A stretch of 64,000 bases of DNA from a virus, in IMG/VR virus record IMGVR_UViG_3300038393_000351, positions 1 to 64,000 of that record. The stretch is one strand, 5' to 3'. Within the stretch, counting starts at the first letter, position 1, and each line of letters starts with the position of its first letter. Position numbers and translations under genes: made by a program. The notes beneath the pieces are model-generated. The model was given only the letters and a program-made list of their open reading frames with translations, had not been told where the DNA came from and searched no databases. Below are positions 1-8,819 of this stretch, piece after piece.

Positions 1-315
1 GCCGCGCTTCTCGGTGGTCGCCGGTTCGCCTTCCTGAGTGACGGGCTTCGACCTGGGCTTCCGTTTGGATTTCGTTCCCATAACGAAACCCGGGATCATT
101 TCGTTCTTGACGATGTGCATATAGTACGATCGCGCTTTGCTCTCAGCCTTGGCCAGGAGCTCTGGATCATCGAATTCCCCAAAGAGAGCCTCGCGGATCG
201 CATTGGTGCATTCTTCGAAGGAGTGCCCATCGGGATACTTTTCCATGAAGGATTCCATGATCCCGATCGCGGTAGAGCGCTTATCGCCCTTTTTCCAATC
301 CTTTTCTTCAGACAT
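1..315 (-). CDS. hypothetical protein, runs off the window edge
   Basis: Manual translation MSEEKDWKKGDKRSTAIG... open to position 1; GGAG RBS upstream; absent from the ORF track because it is truncated. Confidence 0.7.
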   Translation of the reverse strand, partial: MSEEKDWKKGDKRSTAIGIMESFMEKYPDGHSFEECTNAIREALFGEFDDPELLAKAESKARSYYMHIVKNEMIPGFVMGTKSKRKPRSKPVTQEGEPATTEKRG

Positions 316-579
316 AATCTAATTATCTCCTATTTCTCTGATACCGTTCGAGTTGTCTTGATGTTATTAACTCTACACAGTGAGATACCGTTGTAAAACA
401 GTTTGTTCCAACGGTTAGGATTTTTTACTCCCGGATACAAAGTTAGCGGCATCGGATGCCGAATGCATAGCTCAGCGTCTTGTCAGATCGACAAGTGTGC
501 GAGTTTATACCGATGATTGATACGGAGATTTCGACTAAGCCGAAAAAGTAAACTACCCCACCCCAGAATCAATAACTGT

Positions 580-608
580 AATCTATCCATTTTAACCAGT
601 ATTGTAAA
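580..608 (-). promoter_or_regulatory. early/sigma70-like promoter TTTACA-N17-TAGATT
   Basis: Same hexamers and 17-nt spacer recur at 37577-37605; resembles the T4 early -35 GTTTAC. Confidence 0.55.
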
Positions 609-759
609 TACCTTTTTGGACTTATTCTGGTCCAATTTCATTCTTTGTGATCAAAATCACATATGTTCATTATCACGATGAATCAAAAGTTGTTCCCAAA
701 TGCCGAGGAATGGATTACATTTGTCTTGTGTAAAGTCGTTTACACAGGGGCATTTTCCG

Positions 760-957
760 ATGGGCACAATTGAAAACGCAGTTGAATGTGCGGAAGATCT
801 TCTGATATGGCATCAGGGAGACTATGACATAGCGCGACGGATTTTCGTTTCCGTTTATAAAGACTATGAAGATGTCTTTAACGAAGCGATCGTCGCTAGA
901 GATCAAGGTCGGACATTGAGTTCCCCCACCCCGTGTCTGACCTTGTATTTTCGGTAA
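760..957 (+). CDS. hypothetical protein
   Basis: ORF from ATG 760 with AGGGG upstream, ending before a bidirectional hairpin. Confidence 0.45.
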   Translation: MGTIENAVECAEDLLIWHQGDYDIARRIFVSVYKDYEDVFNEAIVARDQGRTLSSPTPCLTLYFR

Positions 958-979
958 TTCGTTCTGCGTACCGAAGAGG

Positions 980-1010
980 AAAGAGTGGGCCTCATAAGCC
1001 CACTCTTTTT
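980..1010. terminator. bidirectional intrinsic terminator
   Basis: aaagagtgggc-ctcataa-gcccactcttttt between convergent ORFs. Confidence 0.7.
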
Positions 1011-1654
1011 CATGTGCAGAAGACTCTCTGAACTTCAGAATACCAAGTCGATGGCTTCTCGATAAAGACTTGACTCTCATCTTCATCAACAGCGAGAATC
1101 ACGGCGATCTGCTTGATTCTTTTGCCAGTGAGTTCCTCGAACATCAGTGAATAGCACGTCGACTGGATGAAGTATCCGGGTATGTCCTCCTTAGTCTTGA
1201 GCTTCTTCGACGTCTTGAAGTCGATGATCGAGTCGATCCCATCGAACTCAGCTACCAGATCAGTCTTTCCGGCTGTCTGGAGGAACTTGGAGTACAGGGG
1301 ATACTCAATCCCATAGATCACTCCTACCCGCTGATCTAGGACACTCTTAAGCTTCAGGAACGTCGCTGTGTTGATGGGCATAGATCCCTTCTTCCACAGA
1401 GGATCATTCATCAGGTACTTCTCGGCTAGGCTATGGATGGAAGTACCTCGAGTGCACGCTTGACGAGAGACTTGGTCAGCGACTTCATCACCAACACGAG
1501 CCCTCCACTCCTTCAGCCACGTGTTGTCGGACTTATCTCCAATTCTCGTGGTCACTGAACGCAGGTCGCCGACAGGTGTATGGTACACTCTGCCGGCTTC
1601 CGTTGTCGTATCAGTCAGTTCTATACGAGAAAAGAGCTGATGTCTGAAATTCAC
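1010..1654 (-). CDS. PD-(D/E)XK exonuclease of T4-like phages
   Basis: RGTSIH, AGKTD...IIDFKTS and Q...Y motifs. Confidence 0.85.
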   Translation of the reverse strand: MNFRHQLFSRIELTDTTTEAGRVYHTPVGDLRSVTTRIGDKSDNTWLKEWRARVGDEVADQVSRQACTRGTSIHSLAEKYLMNDPLWKKGSMPINTATFLKLKSVLDQRVGVIYGIEYPLYSKFLQTAGKTDLVAEFDGIDSIIDFKTSKKLKTKEDIPGYFIQSTCYSLMFEELTGKRIKQIAVILAVDEDESQVFIEKPSTWYSEVQRVFCT

Positions 1655-2352
1655 GTTCCAATCCTATCCTTTGCTATGATGTAATCCCTAACGATGTCGC
1701 TTCTGACGATGTCGGAGATTCCGTAGTCGATAAACGTGAAATCGGGAATCTCACGAACGATCTTCATGAACTGCTTGAGTCCGTTCTTCTCATTGTCACG
1801 GATGAAGTCAGTCTGTGTAACGTCACCGGAGAAAACGAGTCGAGTATCCTCTCCAGTACGCGTGATGACTGAATCCAACTCATGGAAGTTCAAGTTCTGG
1901 ATCTCGTCTGTAAATATCACACAGTCATCCAGAGTTATACCGCGAACGTACGATGTAGTGACGAACTCAATGATACCCTTCTGCTTTAATATCTCATAAG
2001 CGTCTCCGCGCCCGTACAGATCTGTGCAGATCACTTTATAGGGTGCCTCATAGACTTCAGCTTTCTCCTTCAATGAACCGGGCATGAATCCCTGATCACG
2101 AGTGGGAACGGCTGACCTGACGATGTAGAGTTTTCTAAACTTACCAGCTGCCACATCTCGAAGAGCCAGATAAAGAGCTACGAACGTCTTACCAGTTCCA
2201 GAATATCCATGCATGAAAAGATGTTGACCATTATTCCATGCATCAAACGCAACACCTTGATTTTTCGTCAGAGGACGTGCATCTGAGAGAACCATCTCAT
2301 TCTTGATGCGAGTTGTTGTGTTGCTCTTCTTAGATTTTGGTGACTTGCTCAT
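1651..2352 (-). CDS. phoH: PhoH family ATPase
   Basis: GYSGTGKT Walker A, GFMPG, RGITL, DEIQN, GDVTQTD. Confidence 0.95.
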   Translation of the reverse strand: MSKSPKSKKSNTTTRIKNEMVLSDARPLTKNQGVAFDAWNNGQHLFMHGYSGTGKTFVALYLALRDVAAGKFRKLYIVRSAVPTRDQGFMPGSLKEKAEVYEAPYKVICTDLYGRGDAYEILKQKGIIEFVTTSYVRGITLDDCVIFTDEIQNLNFHELDSVITRTGEDTRLVFSGDVTQTDFIRDNEKNGLKQFMKIVREIPDFTFIDYGISDIVRSDIVRDYIIAKDRIGT

Positions 2353-2399
2353 GTATGCTCCTTGCTATGAGTTATTCCTTCATAACAAAAAGTCCATTT

Positions 2400-2645
2400 T
2401 TATCTGATGTTTATCGTCGATCCCTTGTGCTTCTTTTTGATGTGGCGAAGAGTATCGCGGAAGTGTTCAGATGGTTTCCTGATACCGAGTCTAAATGCAT
2501 CTCCGAAACCCGGTGCACCGGTCACACCCAGCTCCAAGTGCTTGTTCTTCTTCAGAAAAGCTTCCATCTCAGAGATGGTCTGCAGACCGACGTCAGTCTC
2601 AACGACTTCCTTAGTCTTCTTATCTAGATATGTGTAGTAAGGCAA
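2400..2645 (-). CDS. conserved T4-like small protein (FmdB-like, lacks Zn cysteines)
   Basis: MPYY start; position upstream of phoH. Confidence 0.6.
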   Translation of the reverse strand: MPYYTYLDKKTKEVVETDVGLQTISEMEAFLKKNKHLELGVTGAPGFGDAFRLGIRKPSEHFRDTLRHIKKKHKGSTINIR

Positions 2646-2840
2646 CTATCGCCTCCTCTTAAAATAAGTGTCCATGATAACATCCTCAGCTGAGAATGTA
2701 TCCTCCCACTTTTTCTTTGGTTCACCGAGCTCAATGTCCGGCTCAACGAACTGACGCTTCTTCCGCTTGTTCTTACGATACTCGGCTTCCTGAAGTTCCT
2801 CTTCATCGTGCCAATCGTCGTCTTTCCATGAACGGCCCAT
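2646..2840 (-). CDS. hypothetical protein
   Basis: Abuts both neighbours in the operon. Confidence 0.6.
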   Translation of the reverse strand: MGRSWKDDDWHDEEELQEAEYRKNKRKKRQFVEPDIELGEPKKKWEDTFSAEDVIMDTYFKRRR

Positions 2841-3331
2841 TATAGTAGCTCTTTCTCTTCCTCTTTTGTCTTCTCAGGAACGGTGATTAGTCCGGGAAAC
2901 GCTGCGTTGATGACTGAGACTGATAATCCCTTGAACGGCAGCTTCTTCTCCAGAGCACATAGAACGAGCTCGGCGTCGTCTGCCTGAAGCGATTCCAGAA
3001 GTTGAATGAAGATCTGCTCTCGGCGAGCAGGCCGTACGTTGTTGTTGTACTCATTCCCAAAGATCTTGTTGGGTCCCTTCAGGAACAGATAGAACTTCTT
3101 CATTTGTGCGTACAGCGCGTCTTCCTGATCATACTTCCACTCATTCTCTTGGAACGGAGGACGTCCTTCCGGAAGCAAGAACTCAATGGTTGGATCAAGA
3201 GCCATGCACAGAAGTGCTCTGAGCTGCGGTTTATCAACGGACTGCAGGTACTTGATCTTCTCCGATTTCTTATCGAGCTTCGATGCCGCTTCTAGTGTTT
3301 TATACATCGACTGGTGTCGGGGTTCACTCAT
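2840..3331 (-). CDS. conserved T4-like hypothetical protein
   Basis: LPEGRPPF...RREQIFIQLLESL pattern typical of the gene after rnh. Confidence 0.75.
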   Translation of the reverse strand: MSEPRHQSMYKTLEAASKLDKKSEKIKYLQSVDKPQLRALLCMALDPTIEFLLPEGRPPFQENEWKYDQEDALYAQMKKFYLFLKGPNKIFGNEYNNNVRPARREQIFIQLLESLQADDAELVLCALEKKLPFKGLSVSVINAAFPGLITVPEKTKEEEKELL

Positions 3332-3345
3332 TAAAATATTCCTTT

Positions 3346-4224
3346 CTAAAAATCACTGATACTCTCCATTAGGATCCGCATTCGGTTCTTCATTAGGTAG
3401 TTGAAAATGTGACGCTTTGTTTTCCCAGCCTGCTGCTCATACGATTCCATGATGCTCTTTCGAACTTCATCTGGAGTATTTCGTAGATCAATCAGCTGGA
3501 AGTTTCTTATGTATCGCCTGGTGATCTCGGGATCGGCGATGGAGTCTAAGTTATCGATGTAGAACATCTCCTTGCATTCTTTCATGCGCTTGGCAGTCAT
3601 CGGCTTCTGACGCTTGCCGGGAACAACGAACGTATCGTCGTCTGAGAGAATGTTGGGAACACCGTCGCCCGCATCACCCTTGATGATGTGCTCCTGCAGA
3701 TACTCGTTAGCTGAGTGGTGTGTGATCCAAGCTTTAGCTACTGGGTTATACTGCTTAACGTTGGCGTATCGATGAAGCTGAGCAAAGTCTTTATCACCGG
3801 AGAGAATCACTATAGTCTCGCCGGTGTTCAATCCCTCAACACCAAACTCCTGAACGAGCGTACCGATAACGTCGTCGGCCTCAGCTCCCTCACCACCCAC
3901 TACTCTGTAGGGAAAGAACTTCGCCACATCATCCCTGATCTCATTGAAGATCTTAAAGATCGCGTTCCAGTCGAGATGTGACTTCTCTTTAGCCGTTGCT
4001 CGAGCCGCTTTATAATATGGGAATATGTTCTTCCTCCATGAACGACCGTCGCACGCAATGATGAGTTCGCCGTACTCGTCTTTGGGAAATCTGGTGCGAA
4101 TCGAACGCAGGGTGTTTAGAACCATATGCTTAAGCAGATCTGGTTCTACTTCATTGGCTGCGTGAAGACCGATCTGCACATGCAGGTTAGCGATCATCAC
4201 CTGGGAAAAATCAAGTAAAAGCAT
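3346..4224 (-). CDS. rnh: T4-type RNase H / 5'-3' flap exonuclease
   Basis: WRK..FPYYKAAR, EADDVIG, SGDKDFAQL, GDAGDGVPNI. Confidence 0.95.
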   Translation of the reverse strand: MLLLDFSQVMIANLHVQIGLHAANEVEPDLLKHMVLNTLRSIRTRFPKDEYGELIIACDGRSWRKNIFPYYKAARATAKEKSHLDWNAIFKIFNEIRDDVAKFFPYRVVGGEGAEADDVIGTLVQEFGVEGLNTGETIVILSGDKDFAQLHRYANVKQYNPVAKAWITHHSANEYLQEHIIKGDAGDGVPNILSDDDTFVVPGKRQKPMTAKRMKECKEMFYIDNLDSIADPEITRRYIRNFQLIDLRNTPDEVRKSIMESYEQQAGKTKRHIFNYLMKNRMRILMESISDF

Positions 4225-4672
4225 TGTGCTTCTTCAGATATTTGATGACTTTTTTACGAATCTCATTCATCGAGGTATGATATCGGTCTGTCTTAGACGT
4301 ACCGCCGACCTTCGTATTCAGGCCCGTGTTAGCTCTAGTTCGAAGGTTGTACTCGATATTGTTGCAAGTGTCTTTATCACCTTCGAAGATCGGCCACATA
4401 TTCTCTTGTCGTGTCCACTGCTTTTCGTTGATGATCTCAGCGATGTGCTGGTTCTTGCGAGTGTTTCTCATGCAGTTGTCGTTGAATCGCTTTCGCGCTT
4501 GCTCAGTGATTCCAACATATAAATCTAAAAAGTATACGTTGATCTTATCATCCCAGTCGGATAGAAAAACACTTAATGCTTTAAAAAAGACGTCTCGATC
4601 ACCGATTACATATACTATGCACTTTTCGTGTTCATCAGGCGCCGTCGGCGGTAATTGTTTCAGCTGAAGCAT
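4211..4672 (-). CDS. divergent GIY-YIG-like protein
   Basis: CIVY...LYVGITEQARKRF...E...N resembles a GIY-YIG core; AT-rich; overlaps both neighbours. Confidence 0.45.
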   Translation of the reverse strand: MLQLKQLPPTAPDEHEKCIVYVIGDRDVFFKALSVFLSDWDDKINVYFLDLYVGITEQARKRFNDNCMRNTRKNQHIAEIINEKQWTRQENMWPIFEGDKDTCNNIEYNLRTRANTGLNTKVGGTSKTDRYHTSMNEIRKKVIKYLKKHNAFT

Positions 4673-5054
4673 CTATACCTTTCTCATTGTGTTGTGTAGC
4701 AATGTTCTCACGTATCTGATAAACACCTTCTCCATTTTCAATCATCGTCTTTTCCATAACGTCTTGAAAAGGATGATACAGTCCATAGTGTTCGGACATC
4801 AGCGAGTGAATGGATTCTGAAATAAAGGAGAGAGGAAGAGCATCGTCGTCGTCTATCTCAAACCCACCAACGATGAGCTGCTGTATGAGTGTATCGACGA
4901 TGGCGTCTAGAATGTTGGAGATGTGGATACGGTGAACAGCTTCAACGCGCTCATCAACGTCTTCTTCTGTCTCGACACCGAGACTGGTAGAAAACGGAGT
5001 ATTCCTCCGCTTCTTGGGAAATGCGATGACGTTGGATTCATCTGACATGGACAC
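4635..5054 (-). CDS. hypothetical protein (late)
   Basis: NVIAFP motif; GAGG RBS; CCTAAATA upstream. Confidence 0.7.
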   Translation of the reverse strand: MSMSDESNVIAFPKKRRNTPFSTSLGVETEEDVDERVEAVHRIHISNILDAIVDTLIQQLIVGGFEIDDDDALPLSFISESIHSLMSEHYGLYHPFQDVMEKTMIENGEGVYQIRENIATQHNEKGIDASAETITADGA

Positions 5055-5066
5055 CTCTTCTGTTCT

Positions 5067-5074
5067 TATTTAGG
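5067..5074 (-). promoter_or_regulatory. T4-type late promoter CCTAAATA
   Basis: Variant of TATAAATA in an intergenic gap. Confidence 0.55.
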
Positions 5075-5086
5075 ATTTCCATGTTC

Positions 5087-6070
5087 TTACGTTCTATAAA
5101 CGAACGACGGTTCCGGCATCTCCCTGGGTTCAGACTGCAGTGATAGAATCAAAGATTCCCACTGGTGCTTTCGGAAGTTCCAATTGTGGAACACATTGAC
5201 GTATTCCCTCTGATTCTTGATCTGATTTTGCTGGATATCCGATCCCCAGTTGATCAGAGCGTTGTCCAGAATCTGATACAACGCCGATGCATGATCGTTG
5301 ACGTTCTCCAGATACTGATACATCGTAGTCCAAGAAGCGGATGTCTCAAACAGCGCACCGAGGTTTGAGTGAACGCAGAGAAGTCCAGCCGACATAGCTT
5401 CGATCAGCGCCAGGCAGCTCGTCTCCGTCCAAGTACATGGGTAAGCGAAGATGTCAGCCGTCTTCAGCGCATTCCTAACTTCATCGTTGGAGACGGATCC
5501 ATGATTAGTCATGTTCGGATGGGCGTCGATCTCATCGAAGAGAGCCCTGAACTGCTCGTCTCTATCGGGCCAACCGTAGATCTTAAACGATGAGTAGACG
5601 TCTAGGTGAACCGGATGCTTTTTAGCAAGTTCATCTATCACTGCACAGAGAATATTCAATCCTCTGTGAGGTGTAGTGTGATAGATGAACTTATAGGGAC
5701 GGTCTGGAGTCCTCAGAAAGGAGTAGTCCTGTGCAGGAGCTCTGACCGGATCGATGGCGTTTGGGATCACCACACACTTCGACCAGGGGATGTCGTACTT
5801 CTGAATATACTGCTGCATCTGCCAATTTGACACAAAAACAATCTGATGGAATCGCTCCCATCTGCGATTCCCGAGTGCCTTCTCAGCTTCCGGATCCTCA
5901 GCGAGATCGTGGCAGTAGAGGATTCTAATCTTATCGTTCTTTAGTTCACGCACTCGAGACGGAATGATCTGAACCGTCTCGAGTAGCTTTGGATCAAGAG
6001 AATCATAGATCCTCTTCATCATTAGTTCAGTCCCGCCCATGGCGTTCACTGAAAGCTCATTTACTTCCAT
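5087..6070 (-). CDS. GT-B (family 4-like) glycosyltransferase
   Basis: GGTE near the N-terminus; ETSCLALIEAMSAG (E-x7-E); GAL.E. Confidence 0.85.
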   Translation of the reverse strand: MEVNELSVNAMGGTELMMKRIYDSLDPKLLETVQIIPSRVRELKNDKIRILYCHDLAEDPEAEKALGNRRWERFHQIVFVSNWQMQQYIQKYDIPWSKCVVIPNAIDPVRAPAQDYSFLRTPDRPYKFIYHTTPHRGLNILCAVIDELAKKHPVHLDVYSSFKIYGWPDRDEQFRALFDEIDAHPNMTNHGSVSNDEVRNALKTADIFAYPCTWTETSCLALIEAMSAGLLCVHSNLGALFETSASWTTMYQYLENVNDHASALYQILDNALINWGSDIQQNQIKNQREYVNVFHNWNFRKHQWESLILSLQSEPREMPEPSFVYRT

Positions 6071-6289
6071 CTAGTCCTCGTTGATGTACGCTTCAGCGGC
6101 GTCGAACGCTGCGTCCTCAAGAATCCAAGTAGGATCGGTGATGACTTTAACCAGAACGTTGTCCTTATAGCACCTGACGGCGTACCGATTGCTCTCAAGA
6201 TTATAGAGAACATCGGCTATCTTTCCGATGCCGTTCTGATTGACGAAGGAATCCTCTGTGAGGACCGTGGTGACTACGATATCATTCAT
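6071..6289 (-). CDS. hypothetical protein
   Basis: Coupled to both neighbours. Confidence 0.6.
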   Translation of the reverse strand: MNDIVVTTVLTEDSFVNQNGIGKIADVLYNLESNRYAVRCYKDNVLVKVITDPTWILEDAAFDAAEAYINED

Positions 6290-6581
6290 GTCGATCTACA
6301 TCATCCGCTGATGATTCAGTGATTGTCGGAAGAGAATTCTCGGTAGTCTGCCAGGAAGTGATCGAGTCCCAGCGGAATGAACGCCAGCCGCCGTTGTCTA
6401 CTGACCAAACGTTGCAGACATCGTCGTTCCTGACGCGATTGCTTTGGAAATCACCTGAGACGCTGGGAAGATGAGCTTCATTCAGCGTACACCGCATCGT
6501 GCGGGTGACACCCGAGACTTTCTTGAACTCGACTTCAACGATGCCGTTACGTAGGTCTTCTAGATACTTCTGCTTATTCAA
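6282..6581 (-). CDS. WYL-like / SH3 beta-barrel protein
   Basis: VEFKKVSG..RTMRCTL...WRSFRWD. Confidence 0.75.
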   Translation of the reverse strand: MNKQKYLEDLRNGIVEVEFKKVSGVTRTMRCTLNEAHLPSVSGDFQSNRVRNDDVCNVWSVDNGGWRSFRWDSITSWQTTENSLPTITESSADDVDRHE

Positions 6582-6828
6582 CTGAATCTCCTGTTAAAAG
6601 TTTAATCTGACCATTCTCTACGATTGTCTTCAGCTCAGATGAACCGACTACGTCTCCATTGAGTGTGATGATTGGAAGCGTCTTCTGATCGGGAAACTTG
6701 GCTACGACGTCGTTTCTCTCAACGTCTACACCGATCTTCAACTCGTGGTAGTTGATGTCCTTATTCTTCAAGAACATCTTGATGTCGGTGCAGTGAGGAC
6801 ATCCGTCTCTAGTGTAGATCTCAATCAT
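6574..6828 (-). CDS. nrdC: glutaredoxin
   Basis: CPHC active site; TLPII. Confidence 0.9.
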   Translation of the reverse strand: MIEIYTRDGCPHCTDIKMFLKNKDINYHELKIGVDVERNDVVAKFPDQKTLPIITLNGDVVGSSELKTIVENGQIKLLTGDSVE

Positions 6829-6884
6829 TGATTTTCCTGTGTTGGTTTAAAATAAAAAGAGGAGCTTAGCTCGACTCTTAAAAA

Positions 6885-6960
6885 TGGCTCCAGCTCCTGG
6901 GATCGAACCAGGGACATCTTCGTTAACAGCGAAGCGCTCGTACCGCTGAGCTAAGCTGGA
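6885..6960 (-). tRNA. tRNA-Asn(GTT)
   Basis: Cloverleaf; CTTCG-CTGTTAA-CGAAG; TTCGA T-loop; CCA encoded. Confidence 0.95.
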
Positions 6961-6961
6961 A

Positions 6962-7051
6962 TGGCGGAGGGAGTAGGATTCGAACCCACGGAACCCGTGA
7001 AGGTTCTCCGCATTTCAAGTGCGGCGCATTCGACCGCTCTGCCATCCCTCC
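6962..7051 (-). tRNA. tRNA-Ser(TGA)
   Basis: CCGCA-CTTGAAA-TGCGG; long variable arm; G73 then CCA. Confidence 0.95.
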
Positions 7052-7063
7052 AATATGATATCT

Positions 7064-7071
7064 TATTTATA
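7064..7071 (-). promoter_or_regulatory. late promoter TATAAATA for the tRNA pair
   Basis: Perfect T4 late consensus 12 nt upstream of tRNA-Ser. Confidence 0.75.
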
Positions 7072-7572
7072 TCACACTCCGGTACTGTGATGTTCTAAAA
7101 GTTTAGTCTCACTTGGTGATTTAATCTCAGTGCATTCCGAATTGCGAATGAGCACGAGTTCTGGACCAACGATCTTCAGTGAGACTTTCTCATTCTTACA
7201 CACGTCCCCGCCTAGTCGAATGTAGTCTCGACCACCGTCGATAAATCCTCCTGGAATGTTCCTGTAGTCGTGGCGATACCTGGAGTAGTAGATGTTGCCG
7301 TCAGCTGCGATGATGCCCGTGAACTCCTCTTGAGTCGCGGAGATGCCGTTGGCAATCATGAGTACGTCGCCCATTCCACCAAAGTACAGTGCGAAGTAGT
7401 TCGATCCCTGAGGATGAGGTACATCGGTCCAGAACAACGCACACGGCTGGTTGATCCAATTGCCCATTTTGTTTTTCAGACACGTCTCACAAACGTACTT
7501 GGCGTTGAAGCGCTTCTCGATGTTCGCGATCTGCTCGGGTGTAAAGAGAATTGAGTCTAGGTTGATCTTCAT
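7072..7572 (-). CDS. hypothetical protein
   Basis: 166-aa ORF with YSRYRHDY...IDGGRDY. Confidence 0.75.
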   Translation of the reverse strand: MKINLDSILFTPEQIANIEKRFNAKYVCETCLKNKMGNWINQPCALFWTDVPHPQGSNYFALYFGGMGDVLMIANGISATQEEFTGIIAADGNIYYSRYRHDYRNIPGGFIDGGRDYIRLGGDVCKNEKVSLKIVGPELVLIRNSECTEIKSPSETKLLEHHSTGV

Positions 7573-7573
7573 A

Positions 7574-7738
7574 TCAGTCTCGCTTTAAGTGAAAGAATAC
7601 GCTGGTAAATCCTCCAAAGAGAATCGATACAAAGAACATCAGCGTTGGGTGACTCTTGGAAGCTGGATCGGCGATCGCAGCAATGGTAGTGATCCACATC
7701 GAAGCTAATGAGACGTAGAACATAAAAACGTAGATCAT
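7574..7738 (-). CDS. small membrane protein
   Basis: 54 aa MIYVFMFYVSLASMW...; two hydrophobic segments; ATGA overlap with the upstream gene. Confidence 0.55.
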   Translation of the reverse strand: MIYVFMFYVSLASMWITTIAAIADPASKSHPTLMFFVSILFGGFTSVFFHLKRD

Positions 7739-8298
7739 GATTTAAGCGACCTGTACGTGAGTGAGATTCGAGGACCGATCTCTTCGTGAATTTTTGGAAT
7801 GCGGTGGACGTGTGTGTCCTGCATTCCGGCGTGCATGATGAACAGAGATCCATGCTTGAGTGTGATTCCCGGGGCGTGTCCCTTCTCATCTCTTCCACGA
7901 AACTCAATCCGACGCTCTTGACCGAGTGTGATCACTGATATCGGCTGAGTATGATCGATTCCAGGATCATCGTCGGAGTGCCATCCGAGTGCATCGGTGC
8001 CGTCCTCGTACATATTCAAGAAGCATCCTTCTGGAGGACGATGGATGATGTCGCCGTGGCTGATCCATATCATCAGAGCGATGTTGGCGATGTCCTGTGT
8101 GTTGGGACGAGATTCATACGTACGCTGACCCAGTCCCTGACCATACGTGTACGGTCGCCCGAACCTATTAGTCCAGTACTCAGACCGAGGAGCGGTGTCC
8201 CTTCTCTCCCAATCTAGCTTGTTTCGAAGTCTTTCATATACAGACCACGCATAGGCCGTGTTTAAGTAGTTCTCAACGTATGTAATCGGTGCGTCCAT
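7735..8298 (-). CDS. AlkB-family 2OG-Fe(II) dioxygenase
   Basis: LNMYEDG...GWHSD, H...RISLTYR. Confidence 0.9.
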   Translation of the reverse strand: MDAPITYVENYLNTAYAWSVYERLRNKLDWERRDTAPRSEYWTNRFGRPYTYGQGLGQRTYESRPNTQDIANIALMIWISHGDIIHRPPEGCFLNMYEDGTDALGWHSDDDPGIDHTQPISVITLGQERRIEFRGRDEKGHAPGITLKHGSLFIMHAGMQDTHVHRIPKIHEEIGPRISLTYRSLKS

Positions 8299-8460
8299 CT
8301 ACCACCTGTTTGGAAAGAACATGGGGACGATAGATGAGAAGCCGATGAAGAAAGCTAATATAGCTCCCACCACATCGATCGTCTCAGTCCCTCGAAATAG
8401 AATTGCTACAGCGCATACTATCATAGATACGCCGAATGTAATCCGATGATTATTCGACAC
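8299..8460 (-). CDS. small membrane protein
   Basis: 53 aa, GTG start, two hydrophobic segments. Confidence 0.45.
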   Translation of the reverse strand: MSNNHRITFGVSMIVCAVAILFRGTETIDVVGAILAFFIGFSSIVPMFFPNRW

Positions 8461-8493
8461 TTCTCTTAAACCCACCGTGATTTTGATATGGAG

Positions 8494-8769
8494 TTATTTT
8501 AACTTAATCTGATCAGATGTCAAAGAAGATAACACACCGTTGATGATATTGTACCTATCTTTCTTCTCATCAAGAAGATCGACAACGGCATCTTTAAGTT
8601 GCTCCGGAGGAGACAGGAGCGTCAGTATGTTTAGTGCTCTGACGAGAAGAGTTGTACCCAGGAACGCGAGTTCTCGATTGTTCTCCGTCAGATACGTGTG
8701 TCGATTGATCTCAGCTTCTATGGAGCGCGTTGATAACACATCGAAGAAGTCCTCATCTGCCGTACTCAT
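8494..8769 (-). CDS. hypothetical protein
   Basis: 91-aa ORF. Confidence 0.6.
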   Translation of the reverse strand: MSTADEDFFDVLSTRSIEAEINRHTYLTENNRELAFLGTTLLVRALNILTLLSPPEQLKDAVVDLLDEKKDRYNIINGVLSSLTSDQIKLK

Positions 8770-8774
8770 AAATA
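8767..8774 (+). promoter_or_regulatory. late promoter CATAAATA for the endolysin
   Basis: Late-type motif 45 nt upstream of the GH25 gene. Confidence 0.55.
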
Positions 8775-8819
8775 GCTGATCCCCCGTTTAACTGCTCAAT
8801 TATTTAAGGAGAATCAAAT

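Noticed and set aside
1010-1654. Cas4 / CRISPR link for the PD-(D/E)XK nuclease
   Set aside because: Lacks the four-Cys Fe-S pattern; no cas genes or array nearby
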